Below are positions 62,067 to 64,000 of a DNA stretch of 64,000 nt, piece by piece. The DNA lies in NCBI GenBank assembly GCA_046347625.1, contig JAXMFU010000001.1, positions 671,512 through 735,511 on the forward strand, in the 5' to 3' direction. How positions within the stretch are numbered: position 1 is the first letter of the stretch; every line of letters starts with the position of its first letter. The DNA comes from Candidatus Competibacteraceae bacterium (lineage in GTDB: Bacteria > Pseudomonadota > Gammaproteobacteria > Competibacterales > Competibacteraceae). The notes under the pieces were generated by a model, which had not been told where the DNA came from, made no database searches, and was given only the letters and a program-made list of their open reading frames with translations. The position numbers and the translations under genes are program-made.

Positions 62067-63431
62067 CTAGCGATTCTCCGCCACCAATCGGCGCAATAAA
62101 CTGTTATAAGCCTGCCCCATTCGATCCGGTGAGAATTCGTTCCGGACCAGCCGTTGGGCGTTCTGCGCAAGTTGTGTTTGCAAGGAGACGTCGGTCAACA
62201 GAGTCACAACGGCTGACGCTAGAGACCGGCGATCGCCCGGTCGATAACACAGACAGGTTTTGTGATCCTGTACCAGTCTGGCGTCGGGATGTGCCGCAGA
62301 GGCAACAACCGGCAGGCCGGCGGCGAAAGCTTCCATGAGAACCAGCGCTACCGGGTCGGTGAAAGGCGAGTAGAAGAACAATAGATCGTGCTCGGCGTAA
62401 GCGGTTTGGAGTGCCGCCCGCTCTACCGGCGGACGCAAGGTTACGATATCGTTCAGGCCGTTACGCCGGATAGTCGCAAGGATGTTGTCGCGATAACCCG
62501 CCGGGCCTTGGGCAGCGATCACCGTCAAAGTGAGTTCTCCGACCGCCTGACGAATCGTGGGAAGCGCATCCAACAGTAAGTGGAGCCCTTTTTCCCGCGA
62601 CAGCCGTCCGACCCATAACAGGCGATTGCGCCCGCTGGCAAGACGGGGCAATGGTTTGGGCAAAGGGACGCTAAAGTAGATAATGTGCGCTCTTTCCTTG
62701 GCTAAGCCGGCCTGGATGGCTTCTTCATACCACTGCCGATTGGCAAACACGGCCAGCTTGATAGCGTGCGGCGAGACCCGCTGCAAGAGAAAAGGATGGA
62801 ACGAGCGGCGCAGACGTCGCCGCACCAGCACCTGCAACCCTGACCACCACCAGGCCCGGAGTTCCATGGCTAAGGCATTGAGACCGATGAGCATCACCCG
62901 TGGATGTCGCCGGGTAGCCAGCGCCATGAGGCCCGGCGCATCGATGGTCGTGGTGCTTAGCAGAACGGCATCATGGCGTTTGCTGTCGGCCAGCAGCTGT
63001 TCCATGCGGTAGAGGTTATCCGAAGCATGCTTCCAGAACGAACCCGGCATAAACAGAGTTTCGACAAGATAGCGAATCTGCACAGGCAACCTTTGCCCCA
63101 GCCACGCAGCCCATGTCCAGCGGCTCAGTACCGCCAGCTTGTTGGAAAAATTGGTTGGCTGCAACGCCAAGACTGAATCCGGTTTTTCTCCCACCGTGGC
63201 AGTCGAGTATACGGGGACATCGACTTCCCATCCCCGGCTCCTCAGTTGGGCGGCCAGATCATCCAGCGCGATCGTCAAGCCTCCTTTTTCTCCCGGGGAA
63301 AGCGCTTGCCCGATGAGCAAGGCTCGCAACGGTCTTCTTGCCGAGACAGCCGGATCGAGACCGGTCATCGTGCCGGTTCCGTTATCCCTGTCAGGGCTAT
63401 CGATGATCGGAGGCGTAGCAGGGCTGGTCAT
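62067..63431 (-). CDS. Family 4 glycosyltransferase, 454 aa.
   Basis: C-terminal LMEAFAAGLPVVASA ... motif of the GT4 fold. Confidence 0.75.
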   Translation of the reverse strand: MTSPATPPIIDSPDRDNGTGTMTGLDPAVSARRPLRALLIGQALSPGEKGGLTIALDDLAAQLRSRGWEVDVPVYSTATVGEKPDSVLALQPTNFSNKLAVLSRWTWAAWLGQRLPVQIRYLVETLFMPGSFWKHASDNLYRMEQLLADSKRHDAVLLSTTTIDAPGLMALATRRHPRVMLIGLNALAMELRAWWWSGLQVLVRRRLRRSFHPFLLQRVSPHAIKLAVFANRQWYEEAIQAGLAKERAHIIYFSVPLPKPLPRLASGRNRLLWVGRLSREKGLHLLLDALPTIRQAVGELTLTVIAAQGPAGYRDNILATIRRNGLNDIVTLRPPVERAALQTAYAEHDLLFFYSPFTDPVALVLMEAFAAGLPVVASAAHPDARLVQDHKTCLCYRPGDRRSLASAVVTLLTDVSLQTQLAQNAQRLVRNEFSPDRMGQAYNSLLRRLVAENR

Positions 63432-63433
63432 GG

Positions 63434-64000
63434 CTACAAGCCCTTCACACCCGTTTTAACCACACTGGCGGGAACACCGGCCACCATGACATTCGCCGGC
63501 ACGGATTTGACGACGACGGCACCGGCACCGACCACGGCTTCCGCTCCAACCGTGAGATGATCGCGGATGACGGCGCCTACGCCGATGTAGGCACCTTCGC
63601 CGATCTCCAGCGCACCGGCCAGGTTGGCACCCGGCCCCAGCGTGCAGAAGGGATGGATGTGATTATCATGCCCTATCAGGCAACCGCGATTGACGATGAC
63701 GTGCGCGTCGATGGTCGTATTGGGTGAAACGACGACACCGGCGTTTACCACGCAGCCGGGGGCGATAGTGGCACGGCGCGAAATCACTGCCGAGGGGTGA
63801 ATGACCGCCGTGAACCGATAGCCCCGCGCCTGCATGATCTCGATGAAACCCCGCCGGCGGGTGCTGACGATGCCGGCCACCAGGTGGCACTCAGTCGGCG
63901 TGAACGGCAAATCATCTGCCCTAAAGACGGGCAGACCATCAAGCGTCGTTCCCGCCGGCGGCGGATCGAGGTTAACGACAAAGCCCAGGGGTTGAAAGCC
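63434..64000 (-). CDS. NeuD/PglD-like sugar N-acetyltransferase (left-handed beta-helix). Partial: the frame stays open to the window end.
   Basis: Hexapeptide repeats (IAPGCVVNAGVVV...IGHDNHI...). Upstream in the same frame, ...VVNLDPPPAGTTLDGLPVFRADDL matches the NeuD N-terminal domain. Coordinates in this stretch may be off by one. Confidence 0.7.
   Translation of the reverse strand, partial: GFQPLGFVVNLDPPPAGTTLDGLPVFRADDLPFTPTECHLVAGIVSTRRRGFIEIMQARGYRFTAVIHPSAVISRRATIAPGCVVNAGVVVSPNTTIDAHVIVNRGCLIGHDNHIHPFCTLGPGANLAGALEIGEGAYIGVGAVIRDHLTVGAEAVVGAGAVVVKSVPANVMVAGVPASVVKTGVKGL

Noticed and set aside
63908-63910. Treating 63910 as the start of the acetyltransferase gene.
   Set aside because: The frame remains open to the window edge. 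The upstream translation matches the NeuD/PglD N-terminal domain, so the gene is called as partial.

Overview
High-GC window (roughly 60%, judged by eye), most likely from a gammaproteobacterial chromosome. It contains a conserved core block, two accessory segments and a novel-looking biosynthetic cluster.

Core genes:
- rsmG, parA and parB, followed by the complete F1F0 ATP synthase operon atpIBEFHAGDC and then glmU.
- Housekeeping genes: tpm, two L,D-transpeptidases, an Lpp/OprI-like lipoprotein, osmC, lolA, rarA, ycgL, can, ETF-ubiquinone oxidoreductase, yccA, sbp, cysB, tag, kefB-like, an MFS transporter, yjbQ and aroB.

Accessory material:
- A lower-GC insertion directly after glmU (about 20.4-23.3 kb), where glmS normally sits. 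It carries an HNH-domain protein, a PIN-like protein with a small overlapping partner ORF, an unknown 150-aa protein, and split or tandem DUF488 copies.
- A 581-aa protein of unknown function next to an SPFH-domain protein that lacks a membrane anchor (29.4-32.6 kb), which abuts two defective tRNA-like sequences (minus strand, about 32.92-33.06 kb).
- An accessory stretch (33.6-43.1 kb) rich in toxin-antitoxin genes: a HigBA-like pair, a ParE-like toxin with its antitoxin, a Uma2 endonuclease, and an orphan VapB next to an internally deleted vapC remnant.

Biosynthetic cluster (46.3 kb to the window end): this is the most unusual part. It looks like a glycan or modified-sugar pathway containing a GT2 and two GT4 glycosyltransferases, a NeuD/PglD-like acetyltransferase, two paralogous PaaK/CapK-like adenylating enzymes, a Wzx-like flippase fused to a SAM methyltransferase, an isochorismatase-aldehyde dehydrogenase fusion, an isopropylmalate-dehydrogenase-family enzyme, a B12-binding radical SAM enzyme, a BKACE-family enzyme and an extra methyltransferase. 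Four minus-strand genes in it are translationally coupled by 4-nt overlaps. A GC-rich non-coding leader of about 600 nt lies upstream of the BKACE gene.

At least four families of REP-like palindromic repeats are scattered through intergenic regions. No CRISPR array, rRNA gene or intact transposase or integrase was seen.
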